20,000 nt of DNA, taken from IMG/VR virus record IMGVR_UViG_3300037424_001446; one strand, 5' to 3'. How positions within the stretch are numbered: position 1 is the first letter of the stretch; every line of letters begins with the position of its first letter. The DNA comes from an uncultured virus (IMG/VR IMGVR_UViG_3300037424_001446) (taxonomy: Duplodnaviria > Heunggongvirae > Uroviricota > Caudoviricetes). The translations under genes and the position numbers were made by a program. The notes beneath the pieces were generated by a model. It was not told the DNA's origin. It worked only from the letters and a program-made list of their open reading frames with translations, and made no database searches. Below are positions 7,480-15,257 of this stretch, piece by piece.

Positions 7480-8204
7480 TCGCTGCCCTTTACATCCCCT
7501 ATCCCCATAATCGCCTGGGATGGGTCTTTGCCCTTGCTTTCCAGCAATTTAATGGCCTGAGGGAAATTCAGCCCGGATCGCTTTGCTTCAGCAAAATAAG
7601 GCAGGAACATCGTGGCAGGCCCATAATCCGGATCTTGTTTGGGGTCCAGGCCAGCGATTTCAGCAATCCGGATTGCGGCTTCTTCCGCTATAAGATAACG
7701 TTCCAAAGCGGTCAAGAGATATTGGCGGCGCGCCAGGGGCGGAGCCTTGGGTCGATCTGGTTTCTTTTGATCGGCTTCCGCCTGGGCAGGCTCAGGCTTG
7801 CTGGCTTCCGCCTGGGCTGGCTTGTGGGCCGGCTTCTCTAACTCCAGCTTGCTTTGAACGGATGGGGGCAATGGTTTGGATTCAGACATTGCACGGAATT
7901 TCAACACGGTCAAGAAGTCGGTACTACCATCCGGCTTCTTGCCAATGGGCCGCGCGTACCAAAAACCGTTTGCCTGGCCATCCCGCTCTTTCCAATAACG
8001 CTTATATACCTGGCCATCGAACTCTACCAGGGTAGGGCCGGCAGGATCTTCCTGGACTATCCGGAAGCCTTCCGCCGCCCAATCGAATGTTTTGAACTCG
8101 GATAGGGCGCGGACAAAAACCATCGGCGCGTTTTTCTCTTCCAGCGCGGCCGCTATCCGGTCTAATAGGTCCAAAACTTTGATCTGAAATTCATCCATTT
8201 TCAA
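7476..8204 (-). CDS. Putative DdrB-like single-stranded DNA binding/annealing protein
   Basis: EFKTFDWAAEGFR..GPTLVEFDGQVYKR..WYARPIGK..DG..DFLTVLKF resembles the FDW-containing core of DdrB-like SSBs. Pro/Ala/Lys linker, then a helical C-terminal domain. Start TTG 8204 or ATG 8198. Confidence 0.55.
   Translation of the reverse strand: MKMDEFQIKVLDLLDRIAAALEEKNAPMVFVRALSEFKTFDWAAEGFRIVQEDPAGPTLVEFDGQVYKRYWKERDGQANGFWYARPIGKKPDGSTDFLTVLKFRAMSESKPLPPSVQSKLELEKPAHKPAQAEASKPEPAQAEADQKKPDRPKAPPLARRQYLLTALERYLIAEEAAIRIAEIAGLDPKQDPDYGPATMFLPYFAEAKRSGLNFPQAIKLLESKGKDPSQAIMGIGDVKGSE
7773..7817. repeat. Intragenic 30-bp-period duplication encoding PAQAEA twice
   Basis: GGCTTCCGCCTGGGC at 7773-7787 and 7803-7817. 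Confidence 0.8.
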
Positions 8205-9421
8205 CCTCGCTCTACAATCCAGCCTGGGGGAATCTCATACCCATATTTATCAATGGCCCCGCGGATCAGATCCCAAACAATTTCATTGGGGATTTGTGGC
8301 CATGGCAGAGGGGCTGGCAGCTTGTCAAGTGGAAGAAGGCTTTCAAATTCCTTCTTTACAACCTCAGGATCCCAATTTACTGAGTAAAATTGAACGGGAA
8401 GAGATGGAAGAAGCTCAGAAATAGCCTGCATACATAATTCGACATCCCAATCCCGGGCCGGCCAAAAGACGATATCCTTTTCGATCAATATCACATGAGG
8501 AAACTTGATCAGGTGAATTTTCCCCTTACGGATTACCCGGTAATATCCATCGGCATTGGGATCGTGAGATTCTAGCCAATCCTCAAACCATACCCCTTCA
8601 ATCTCATCGGATAAATATCCGGATGAATAGCGGATCTTGGCCAAATTCTCGGGCAGATCAAGAGCACTTATGAAATCATTAATAGCCGCCCAGGCCGGCT
8701 TCATAACCTTCTCTATTTGTTCCATCTGGCGATCAAGCGCGATCTTGAAATCCCGTTCCAGTCGATCTAATTCGGCCTCGCGCCTGGAATCCGCCAGTTG
8801 TTTTAAAACCGCCAGCTTTCTCGCGGCTTCTTTCTTGCTGCGTTGCTCTTCCAAAGCGGTTATGGCATCCTGGTATATAGCCTCGATATCCACTTGCGAG
8901 CCTGAGGGATCCGAGTAGAAATTCAATAATAAATCCCTGGCAGCTACAAGATCTTCAACGGTTTTCCCAAAATATATATCATGGGGTCTGAGGGTATCTT
9001 TGGCGCGCTGGATTTCCGTAGCATGCGTTTCCCGGAGATATTCCGGGAATCGCTGCGCCTGCTTATAAATAAAATCGCCCATTTGCATATCTTTGTTAAA
9101 GACTTTGGGCCTTATCCCATGATAGGAAAAAAGCGCGGTGTTAATGCCGTTCTCATGCCAGAGATAAAAAGGCGTAATTCTCAGATCCTCAAGATTTACG
9201 TACAGCCTGACAACCGGACTTTCTCTTCCGTGGCTTGCATCTGGCATTTCAATCGTTTCGGAAATATAGCCCTTGATTTCTTCCCACAACTGATCATCGA
9301 AAAGGGCCTTCAGGGCTTCCCTCTGCCTGGTTATGCTATCTTCTACGGCCTTTGCTTCATTCTGTCTCTTGAACTCTTCCATTTCCCGGCCTTGCTCGAG
9401 GATGCTCTTTAATACGCTCAT
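8201..9421 (-). CDS. Hypothetical phage protein (406 aa, central coiled coil)
   Basis: Long ORF, ATGA-coupled to the upstream gene, GGAG RBS, no recognised motif. Confidence 0.8.
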   Translation of the reverse strand: MSVLKSILEQGREMEEFKRQNEAKAVEDSITRQREALKALFDDQLWEEIKGYISETIEMPDASHGRESPVVRLYVNLEDLRITPFYLWHENGINTALFSYHGIRPKVFNKDMQMGDFIYKQAQRFPEYLRETHATEIQRAKDTLRPHDIYFGKTVEDLVAARDLLLNFYSDPSGSQVDIEAIYQDAITALEEQRSKKEAARKLAVLKQLADSRREAELDRLERDFKIALDRQMEQIEKVMKPAWAAINDFISALDLPENLAKIRYSSGYLSDEIEGVWFEDWLESHDPNADGYYRVIRKGKIHLIKFPHVILIEKDIVFWPARDWDVELCMQAISELLPSLPVQFYSVNWDPEVVKKEFESLLPLDKLPAPLPWPQIPNEIVWDLIRGAIDKYGYEIPPGWIVERG

Positions 9422-9630
9422 TGCAAATCTCCCAATCTTGCCTCTATATCTGAATGGACCTGAATTAGAAATTCTTTGAACTCCACTAGCTGGTTATCCA
9501 TTGCCGCAAATTCGAACAGTTTTTGTAGGATGTAATCTATCCAGCCGGCCCACCGGCCCGGGTTTTGGACCCCCAAAGAGATTACAAACCGCGCGGCATA
9601 CGCTTCAATGTTATCGCCTATGCTGGGCAT
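9418..9630 (-). CDS. Hypothetical phage protein
   Basis: 70 aa, overlaps both neighbours in the operon. Confidence 0.65.
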   Translation of the reverse strand: MPSIGDNIEAYAARFVISLGVQNPGRWAGWIDYILQKLFEFAAMDNQLVEFKEFLIQVHSDIEARLGDLQ

Positions 9631-10072
9631 GCATCAACCGCCTTTCCCAACTGGATTTACCTTTCCCCTTCCTGGCCAGCCGCTCAGCTTCTTCTTTGTG
9701 GATATCGAGAGGGGCATGATCAAGAAAATCAGTGTAGTCATAGCGAAAATCTAGCTGATCCGGATCGATCCCAACCGTTTCAGGATCGCCAATCCGTTTG
9801 GCCTGTAGCAAAATCTGGCGGCATCGCTCCGCCCGCTCAGGATCACGAATCAAACGGAGGCAGCCCTTAAACGCGCGGGCGCCTCCCTTCCATTTACGAA
9901 CTATCCATTTTTCGCTTTCCAGGGTAGAAAAAACTTGCTCAATCTTTTGGCCAGCCTGAAGCTGCCCGCCGCCCATGCGAATCCACTTTCCCCCAGGGCC
10001 TTCTTTCAGCTCGATTCCGAACCATTGGCCATTTAACTTTTGGAAATCGATCCTTGTGGTATCTTCCAACAT
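9611..10072 (-). CDS. Hypothetical phage protein, first gene of the leftward operon
   Basis: 153 aa with GGAGG RBS at 10079-10083. No HTH or peptidase S24 signature. Confidence 0.75.
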   Translation of the reverse strand: MLEDTTRIDFQKLNGQWFGIELKEGPGGKWIRMGGGQLQAGQKIEQVFSTLESEKWIVRKWKGGARAFKGCLRLIRDPERAERCRQILLQAKRIGDPETVGIDPDQLDFRYDYTDFLDHAPLDIHKEEAERLARKGKGKSSWERRLMHAQHRR

Positions 10073-10139
10073 GCTTTACCTCCGTTATGTTAGACCGTTT
10101 GAAACCCTGCGTCCCAGGCACCCCGCCCGGATATCTACA

Positions 10140-10168
10140 ATCTTATCAGTTTATGTTTATCTTGTCAA
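10140..10168 (-). promoter_or_regulatory. Leftward sigma70-type promoter
   Basis: Minus strand TTGACA (10163-10168), 17-nt spacer, TAAGAT (10140-10145). Confidence 0.7.
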
Positions 10169-10178
10169 GATTTCCTTA

Positions 10179-10207
10179 TTGACAATCCGGAAAGTCTTTC
10201 ATATAAT
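10179..10207 (+). promoter_or_regulatory. Rightward perfect-consensus sigma70-type promoter
   Basis: TTGACA (10179-10184), 17-nt spacer, TATAAT (10202-10207). Palindrome GAAAG-T-CTTTC (10190-10200) in the spacer; GGAGG RBS at 10221-10225. Confidence 0.85.
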
Positions 10208-10231
10208 CAAGGGGAATAATGGAGGTTATTT

Positions 10232-10459
10232 ATGGACACACAAACAGCAGGCGTTGAATACAAATCGAAGATCCCCGGGCTAATTGAAGAAAAAGGATTC
10301 ACCATTAAACAGTTTGTGGCTTACTGTATGCTGGCAGGGATATCCCAAACCACGGCATATAAAATGGCCACAGGCGCAACCGATGTTTCTATCCCTTCCC
10401 TGGCCGCGGCCGCGGTTGTACTGAAAACCACCATCGGAAATCTATTAGAGATAGAATAA
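10232..10459 (+). CDS. XRE/Cro-like helix-turn-helix transcriptional regulator
   Basis: 75 aa with LIEEKGFTIKQF..AGISQTTAYKMATG..VSIPSLAAAA..L...IGNLL pattern; first gene after the promoter. Confidence 0.85.
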   Translation: MDTQTAGVEYKSKIPGLIEEKGFTIKQFVAYCMLAGISQTTAYKMATGATDVSIPSLAAAAVVLKTTIGNLLEIE

Positions 10460-10542
10460 CGGTTTTCGAATCGGCGCGGGGTAAACCGGTCAATCTGCCG
10501 GCAATCTCCCGCGGGCGCGCAAGCGACCGCGGTTTTATATCT

Positions 10543-10797
10543 ATGAGCGCAATTAATTTTTCGGCTTTACCAAAAGGAACTCAGGCCAGAGTAGCAAATT
10601 TGCGGAAGGCAACCGCACGGCCCGTTTATGTTAAGTTTGATGGGCGCATCTGGCATCTCCGCCAGGTGCCGATATTTCCTGTTGGCTCATGGAAATATGG
10701 CCGCGTGGAAACCGTCTTAGAAGATGCTGGGTATAAGATGGTCATTGGGAAAGGTGCATTGGAGGCATATCTTGAAGATCAAAGGAAAAACAGCTAA
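10543..10797 (+). CDS. Hypothetical phage protein
   Basis: 84-aa ORF in operon orientation; weak RBS. Confidence 0.6.
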   Translation: MSAINFSALPKGTQARVANLRKATARPVYVKFDGRIWHLRQVPIFPVGSWKYGRVETVLEDAGYKMVIGKGALEAYLEDQRKNS

Positions 10798-11230
10798 GAT
10801 TGACCTGATAGCGCCAATCGTGATGGACGAAATTGGGCGCCGGCGTGGATTTGACAATCGGATTAGCCAAAGCCGGCTATCTTCCATCTGTTCAAGGGCG
10901 ATCAACACAAAGGTAACGGATCGGGAAATTGAAAAGGCAGTACAGGTTTTGAAACTATCCCGCCCAGGGTGTATGATTGCCTCGACTGTGAAAGAGGGCG
11001 GGGGGTATTTCATGGTAGAGACAAAGCGCGGGCTATTGTATTGGCTGAAAGCTGAAATTGTCAGGATCCGGGAAAATTCCAGGCGGATCAGGGAACAATT
11101 ACACCTGGCAGGCATGGAAGAAGATGAGGTGGAACAATTATGGCTGCCTGGCTTCGCATTTGATGAGGAAGATCCGGAATCTGGTTACAGATTCCAGGTG
11201 ACCGAAGGGGGGCAAATTAAATTCCTATGA
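10772..11230 (+). CDS. Putative winged-helix DNA-binding protein
   Basis: DREIEKAVQVLK....IAS...GGGYF wHTH-like pattern. TTG start at 10772 follows GGAGG (10761-10765); ATGA-coupled to the initiator gene. Confidence 0.65.
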   Translation: MKIKGKTAKIDLIAPIVMDEIGRRRGFDNRISQSRLSSICSRAINTKVTDREIEKAVQVLKLSRPGCMIASTVKEGGGYFMVETKRGLLYWLKAEIVRIRENSRRIREQLHLAGMEEDEVEQLWLPGFAFDEEDPESGYRFQVTEGGQIKFL

Positions 11231-11961
11231 TCAGCCAACAGGAAATATTACTCTTCCGATCGATAAAGAGTGAAGCCATAATCCTGATCCTCATGCTCCG
11301 GATGGATAAGCCAACTGGTGAAACGGAAATCAGTGAAATCCTGGATATGCATCCTGAAACGGTCAGGAGCAAACTCCGCGGCCTGGCCAGGCTGGGCCTG
11401 ATCACCAGGACCCATCACAAACAGGGTTATATCTTGACCGGGGCCGGCTCTCAGATCGTTTTGGGAGCAACCGCGGAAAATCCGCGGTTGGAGGTTTCTT
11501 CTATTACTGAATCTCTTAATAAGTTAAATACTATTAATACAGTAGTAATAGAAGGAGCAACCGCGGGAATCCCGCGGTTGCTCCCCGATTCGGCCCAAAA
11601 TGTGGAAAACCCTGTGGATAACCTGTGGATAACTGTGGATAAACCCGAGGTATGGGAAGAGCTCCGGTCAGCCGGCATCCTTCCGAATGAGCGCACAAGA
11701 AAGCTGGTTGCCAGAGATTTTATGACCGTGGATTTTGTCAAAGGGCATAAGGCGGAGCTTCGCAAGCGCGGGAAGATGCAACCCGGCTTGCTGATCACGA
11801 TCCTCGAAACCGGCCTGCCGGCTGTGGATTACGATCCGCCCCTTAGATCATCCGATGATACTCGCCAAAAATACGCGGCCTGGGAGAATACCCCCGATTC
11901 GGATTGCGACTGGATAGAAGATGAACAATCAGACGATCCGGATAACTCAGAATACAATTAG
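11227..11961 (+). CDS. Phage replication initiator (N-terminal wHTH, origin embedded in the gene)
   Basis: ETEISEILDMHPETVRSKLRGLARLGLI wHTH; central linker encoded by repeats and DnaA boxes; C-terminal PGLLITIL..G domain, a layout analogous to lambda O-type initiators. Confidence 0.8.
   Translation: MISQQEILLFRSIKSEAIILILMLRMDKPTGETEISEILDMHPETVRSKLRGLARLGLITRTHHKQGYILTGAGSQIVLGATAENPRLEVSSITESLNKLNTINTVVIEGATAGIPRLLPDSAQNVENPVDNLWITVDKPEVWEELRSAGILPNERTRKLVARDFMTVDFVKGHKAELRKRGKMQPGLLITILETGLPAVDYDPPLRSSDDTRQKYAAWENTPDSDCDWIEDEQSDDPDNSEYN
11464..11642. promoter_or_regulatory. Candidate replication origin: two palindromic iterons, AT-rich tract and four DnaA boxes
   Basis: CAACCGCGGA-AAA-TCCGCGGTTG (11468-11490), AT-rich tract 11495-11553, GGAGCAACCGCGGGA-A-TCCCGCGGTTGCTCC (11554-11584), TGTGGAAAA (11601-11609), and TGTGGATAA at 11613, 11624 and 11634. 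Confidence 0.8.
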
Positions 11962-12202
11962 CCTCTTCGGCATCCGCCAGGTCAGGCTGGAATGTGATTT
12001 TTATTTGGATGCCCGGGCGATGTTTCCGGAGGAAATCCAGGAAGATCGGGATTTTATGGTTTTGCAATGGCCAAAAACACGCTATGCCGGCCAATATTTT
12101 GCTTATGTTTGCTGGCGCCCATTGCCGGATGATCCGGATAGGGTCCAACTTAACCAAAATTATAGATGGGAGGATTGTACTAATGGCAACAGAATGGACT
12201 GA
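11921..12202 (+). CDS. Hypothetical phage protein
   Basis: 93 aa, fills the gap between initiator and metallopeptidase genes and overlaps both. Confidence 0.55.
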   Translation: MNNQTIRITQNTISLFGIRQVRLECDFYLDARAMFPEEIQEDRDFMVLQWPKTRYAGQYFAYVCWRPLPDDPDRVQLNQNYRWEDCTNGNRMD

Positions 12203-12932
12203 AGCCCCTGCGACTGTGATCGATATCGCCAAAGAAATTATCCGCAATCACCATCCCCGCCTGGAAGAGGCCCGGATAGGATTTCTTTTTCGTGACATTG
12301 CCCCTGTATCTGGCGGGCAGGCAGCCTGGGGGAATGCCAGCAAGGTAAGCCCGAAACTCAGGCCCTTTATGGATCTGGATTTTATTATTTGGTTGGCTGA
12401 GGATATTTGGAGGACTCTGGCAGACTACCAGCAACGCGCTCTAATTGACCATGAGCTCTGCCATTGCTACCTGGATATCGATACTTCTGCTAAGATCCGT
12501 GGGCACGATGTTGAAGAGTTTGTAGAAATCGTCAAACGGCATGGCTTTTGGCGTTCATCGCTATTGATCCTGGAAAAGATGGCCATAGAACAAAATAACG
12601 AGCTGGCAGAAGAGGGCCGGCGTGCAGCACAATTGCGCCTGGAAGGCTTGCCGGCCCGTGGGGAGGTCGTATCCCTGAATGCCGGCCAAATTGGGAAAAT
12701 TGCCAGCGCAATGAAAGTTTCTGAAGAAGAATCGGCTTATCCGCCTTTTGCGGGGCCTCAGGATGTGCTCTGGAATGAAGCCTTAAAATGGGCGAAAGAG
12801 AATCCGGGGCCAATCCAAATCAGCCAACTACAACGACATTTCAGGATCGGTTACCCCCGCGCGGCCAGGCTGCAAGAAGCTCTTATTCAATTGGAAGAAA
12901 AGGAAACCAATGCCAATAACTCAGCTAATTAA
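12183..12932 (+). CDS. Putative phage metallopeptidase fused to C-terminal FtsK gamma-like wHTH domain
   Basis: ALIDHELCHC (HExxH at 12450-12464) and GHDVEEF..IV.RHG.W; C-terminal ISQLQRHFRIGYPRAARL. ATG 12183 follows GGAGG. Confidence 0.85.
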   Translation: MATEWTEAPATVIDIAKEIIRNHHPRLEEARIGFLFRDIAPVSGGQAAWGNASKVSPKLRPFMDLDFIIWLAEDIWRTLADYQQRALIDHELCHCYLDIDTSAKIRGHDVEEFVEIVKRHGFWRSSLLILEKMAIEQNNELAEEGRRAAQLRLEGLPARGEVVSLNAGQIGKIASAMKVSEEESAYPPFAGPQDVLWNEALKWAKENPGPIQISQLQRHFRIGYPRAARLQEALIQLEEKETNANNSAN

Positions 12933-14373
12933 CGCTACAGCCTTCCATTTGGGATTGGCGCCGGAAAGCATTCACCTGACGGTTTGCTCACCCCCTTATT
13001 GGAATTTACGGGAATATGCCGGCCAACAAATAGATATCATTGGTGGAAATTCCAACTGCCAGCATAAATGGTTCCCTAATCCGAAATTAGGGGAGTTATG
13101 CCGGATATGCGGCGCCTGGCGCGGGGCTTTTGGCCAGGAAAGGTTACACGATTGCCAATCCTGGGCCATGGGCGGAGGGCCTTGCAATGCCTGTTATGTA
13201 TGCCACATGCGGCTGATTGGAAATGAGATCTGGCGGGTGCTCCGCCCGGATGGAACCTGGTGGTTAAATTTAGGGGATTGCTTTATCGGCTCAGGCGGCG
13301 CGGGAGGGGATTATAACGAGGGCGGATTGAGGGAAGGCCAGCCGCGCTATTCGGGGCGCGATGTGGTTGGCTTCCTCAAGCCCAAAGATTTAGCCGGCAT
13401 CCCCTGGCGGGTTGCTTTGGCCCTGCAGGCGGATGGCTGGTGGTTGCGGGCCGCTCCGCCCTGGATAAAACCGAACTCTATGCCGGAGCCGGGTATAGAT
13501 CGGCCCGTGATATCTAACGATTATTGGTTTTTGCTCACCAAAAGCCGACATTATTTTGCGGATCCAACCGCGGCAATTCAGCCGTTTTCCGATGGGCGGA
13601 AAGGGGCTTCCGGGGGGCGCAAGGTTGGCAGGGTCCGGAACGTGGGCGGGCGCCGGGATGGGTTTGCAACTCTGGCCGGCTGGAATAATCCCAACGGTAA
13701 CGAGGGGCGCGGCTGGCGAACATCCGACTTTTTTATAGCCTCCATAGATGAGGCGATCCGGGTAGCGGAAACTCAGATCCGCAATCTGAAGGAAGCCCGC
13801 AAGGGCCGCGCTATCCTGGCAGATGGGTCTACTCCCCTGGGTTTGATGTTCGGCGTTGGGCATTATAAGGGCGCCCATTTTGCCAGCTATAACCCGGCCA
13901 TGATCGATGAAATTATCCGGTTTTCAACTTCTGAGCATGGGGTTTGCCCGAAGTGTGGGGCGCCCTGGGAACGGGTTATTGAAAAGATTGTTGAGCTGCA
14001 AAAGGATGTAAGCCCGGAACGCGGGGTGATTGGAGCGGAGGGAAATAAACCCTTCAAGAAATTTTCCGGGTATCCTCGTTCTACAACCAAAACCATTACC
14101 ACGGGCTGGCAGCCAACTTGCGAATGCCGGGACAATCACCCAATACCCGCAATCGTTTTAGATCCATTTGTTGGGGCCGGCTCTACCATGCTATCTGCCA
14201 GGCGGCTTGGCAGGGACAGCATTGGCTTTGATATCAGTTTAGAATACCTTCTCGAAAATGCTCACCCGCGCCTGAGCCTGGATACCCTTGCGACCTGGGA
14301 GGAAGGGGATGCGATCCAAACCGGGCTGGAGAATACCTGGGGGGAGCTGCCCTTGTTTGAGGGATTGGAATGA
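12910..14373 (+). CDS. Beta-class amino (N4-C/N6-A) DNA methyltransferase with Cys-rich insertions
   Basis: N-terminal SPPY, RVLRPDGTWWLNLGD, KDLAGIPWRVA, HFA and C-terminal VLDPFVGAGST. Inserts CQHKW..CRICGAW, HDC..CNACYVCH and CPKCG..CEC. Confidence 0.92.
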   Translation: MPITQLINATAFHLGLAPESIHLTVCSPPYWNLREYAGQQIDIIGGNSNCQHKWFPNPKLGELCRICGAWRGAFGQERLHDCQSWAMGGGPCNACYVCHMRLIGNEIWRVLRPDGTWWLNLGDCFIGSGGAGGDYNEGGLREGQPRYSGRDVVGFLKPKDLAGIPWRVALALQADGWWLRAAPPWIKPNSMPEPGIDRPVISNDYWFLLTKSRHYFADPTAAIQPFSDGRKGASGGRKVGRVRNVGGRRDGFATLAGWNNPNGNEGRGWRTSDFFIASIDEAIRVAETQIRNLKEARKGRAILADGSTPLGLMFGVGHYKGAHFASYNPAMIDEIIRFSTSEHGVCPKCGAPWERVIEKIVELQKDVSPERGVIGAEGNKPFKKFSGYPRSTTKTITTGWQPTCECRDNHPIPAIVLDPFVGAGSTMLSARRLGRDSIGFDISLEYLLENAHPRLSLDTLATWEEGDAIQTGLENTWGELPLFEGLE

Positions 14374-14567
14374 TAGAAGAAATCGTGTATAACGCGATCC
14401 TGGCGGCTATGCTGGATACTGCCGGCATGATTGCCAGATGGCCGCTCGAAGCGATCACGGAACGAGCTCAAGCGGAGGGGCTGATCTGTGATGAAACCCT
14501 GACAGAAGCCTATCGAAAAATTAGACTCATAATAGAGGATTGCTATGGAAACCAGACTTTGCTTTGA
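14370..14567 (+). CDS. Hypothetical phage protein
   Basis: 65 aa, ATGA-coupled to the methyltransferase gene. Confidence 0.6.
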   Translation: MIEEIVYNAILAAMLDTAGMIARWPLEAITERAQAEGLICDETLTEAYRKIRLIIEDCYGNQTLL

Positions 14568-14673
14568 ATGCGGGGAAACCTGGGAGAATACGGGAGAGAT
14601 TGAATGCCCGTTTTGTGGCTCCATTGATACCAGCATTATCGATGATCCGGAAGATGAGGCGGAGGCTGTTTAA
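14545..14673 (+). CDS. Small zinc-ribbon protein (42 aa, not in ORF track)
   Basis: Hand translation METRLCFECGETWENTGEIECPFCGSIDTSIIDDPEDEAEAV; CxxC-x11-CxxC, GAGGA RBS at 14535-14539, stop 1 nt before the next ATG. Confidence 0.75.
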   Translation: METRLCFECGETWENTGEIECPFCGSIDTSIIDDPEDEAEAV

Positions 14674-14674
14674 A

Positions 14675-15058
14675 ATGTGTGAATGTAATTGCGGGGATGT
14701 TAGCCCACGGAAAACCATAAAGATTGGCCGGAAGGTTTTGATAATCGAAATTTATCCGGGTTGTGAGGGATGCAAGATTGGGGCTCATTTATATTTGTAT
14801 CTCTTTGAAACCATGGCCAGCGCGGAAGATTATTTGGGATATAGACCGGAGATATCAAAACCAGATGAGATTGGGTTTGATCTGTCCAAAATCATTATCC
14901 CGATCATCGATCCGGCTGATTTCATAGATTGGCTTAAGACGGATGAAATTGAAGCTGCCGCGGCGGAATACAATTCGCCGGCTGATTTTATTTCTGATTA
15001 TGCCCTTGAAATGATTCAGGCAGGAATCCGCATTCGAATGGACAAAACCGATGAATAG
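14675..15058 (+). CDS. Hypothetical Cys-containing phage protein
   Basis: Start re-assigned to MCECNCG (ATG 14675, GGAGG 14661-14665); also contains CEGC. Confidence 0.7.
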   Translation: MCECNCGDVSPRKTIKIGRKVLIIEIYPGCEGCKIGAHLYLYLFETMASAEDYLGYRPEISKPDEIGFDLSKIIIPIIDPADFIDWLKTDEIEAAAAEYNSPADFISDYALEMIQAGIRIRMDKTDE

Positions 15059-15251
15059 CCGCTTTTATTTGGCCATGGCCATGCTGTTCCTGACAATAAC
15101 GGCCCTGGCCAGCTTATATGGCTTTATGGTCTGGTATTCTGGCAGCTTACCAACTCCGGAAAGCCGTATATCCTTCGTTATCAGTATCGTTTCGGGCGGG
15201 ATTGGGCTGCTGGCTTATTTGCAGGCGCGCTCAGCGCGGAAAGGGAAATAG
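15051..15251 (+). CDS. Small two-TM membrane protein
   Basis: Two hydrophobic helices; ends QARSARKGK. Confidence 0.7.
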   Translation: MNSRFYLAMAMLFLTITALASLYGFMVWYSGSLPTPESRISFVISIVSGGIGLLAYLQARSARKGK

Positions 15252-15257
15252 GATGGA
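15221..15257 (+). repeat. 37-bp direct repeat, copy 1
   Basis: GCAGGCGCGCTCAGCGCGGAAAGGGAAATAGGATGGA, 36/37 identical to 16121-16157. Confidence 0.95.

Noticed and set aside
4095..8037. KOPS-like GGGTAGGG at 4095-4102 and 8030-8037 as targets of the FtsK-gamma domain
   Set aside because: Two copies in 20 kb is close to chance expectation, and the host's KOPS sequence is unknown.
10363..10543. Open frame upstream of the 10543 gene overlapping the HTH gene (possible frameshift fusion)
   Set aside because: No canonical slippery heptamer or start codon; the open stretch is explicable by GC-rich sequence.
11464..11642. CRISPR array or terminator interpretation of the palindromic repeats
   Set aside because: Only two palindromes, inside a coding region, with no T-tract and no cas genes. 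The origin interpretation fits better.
11994..12182. Long N-terminal extensions given by the ORF track (11994, also 14540, 15118, 15549, 15784, 19065)
   Set aside because: They overlap other genes extensively, and downstream starts have clear RBS motifs or translational coupling.
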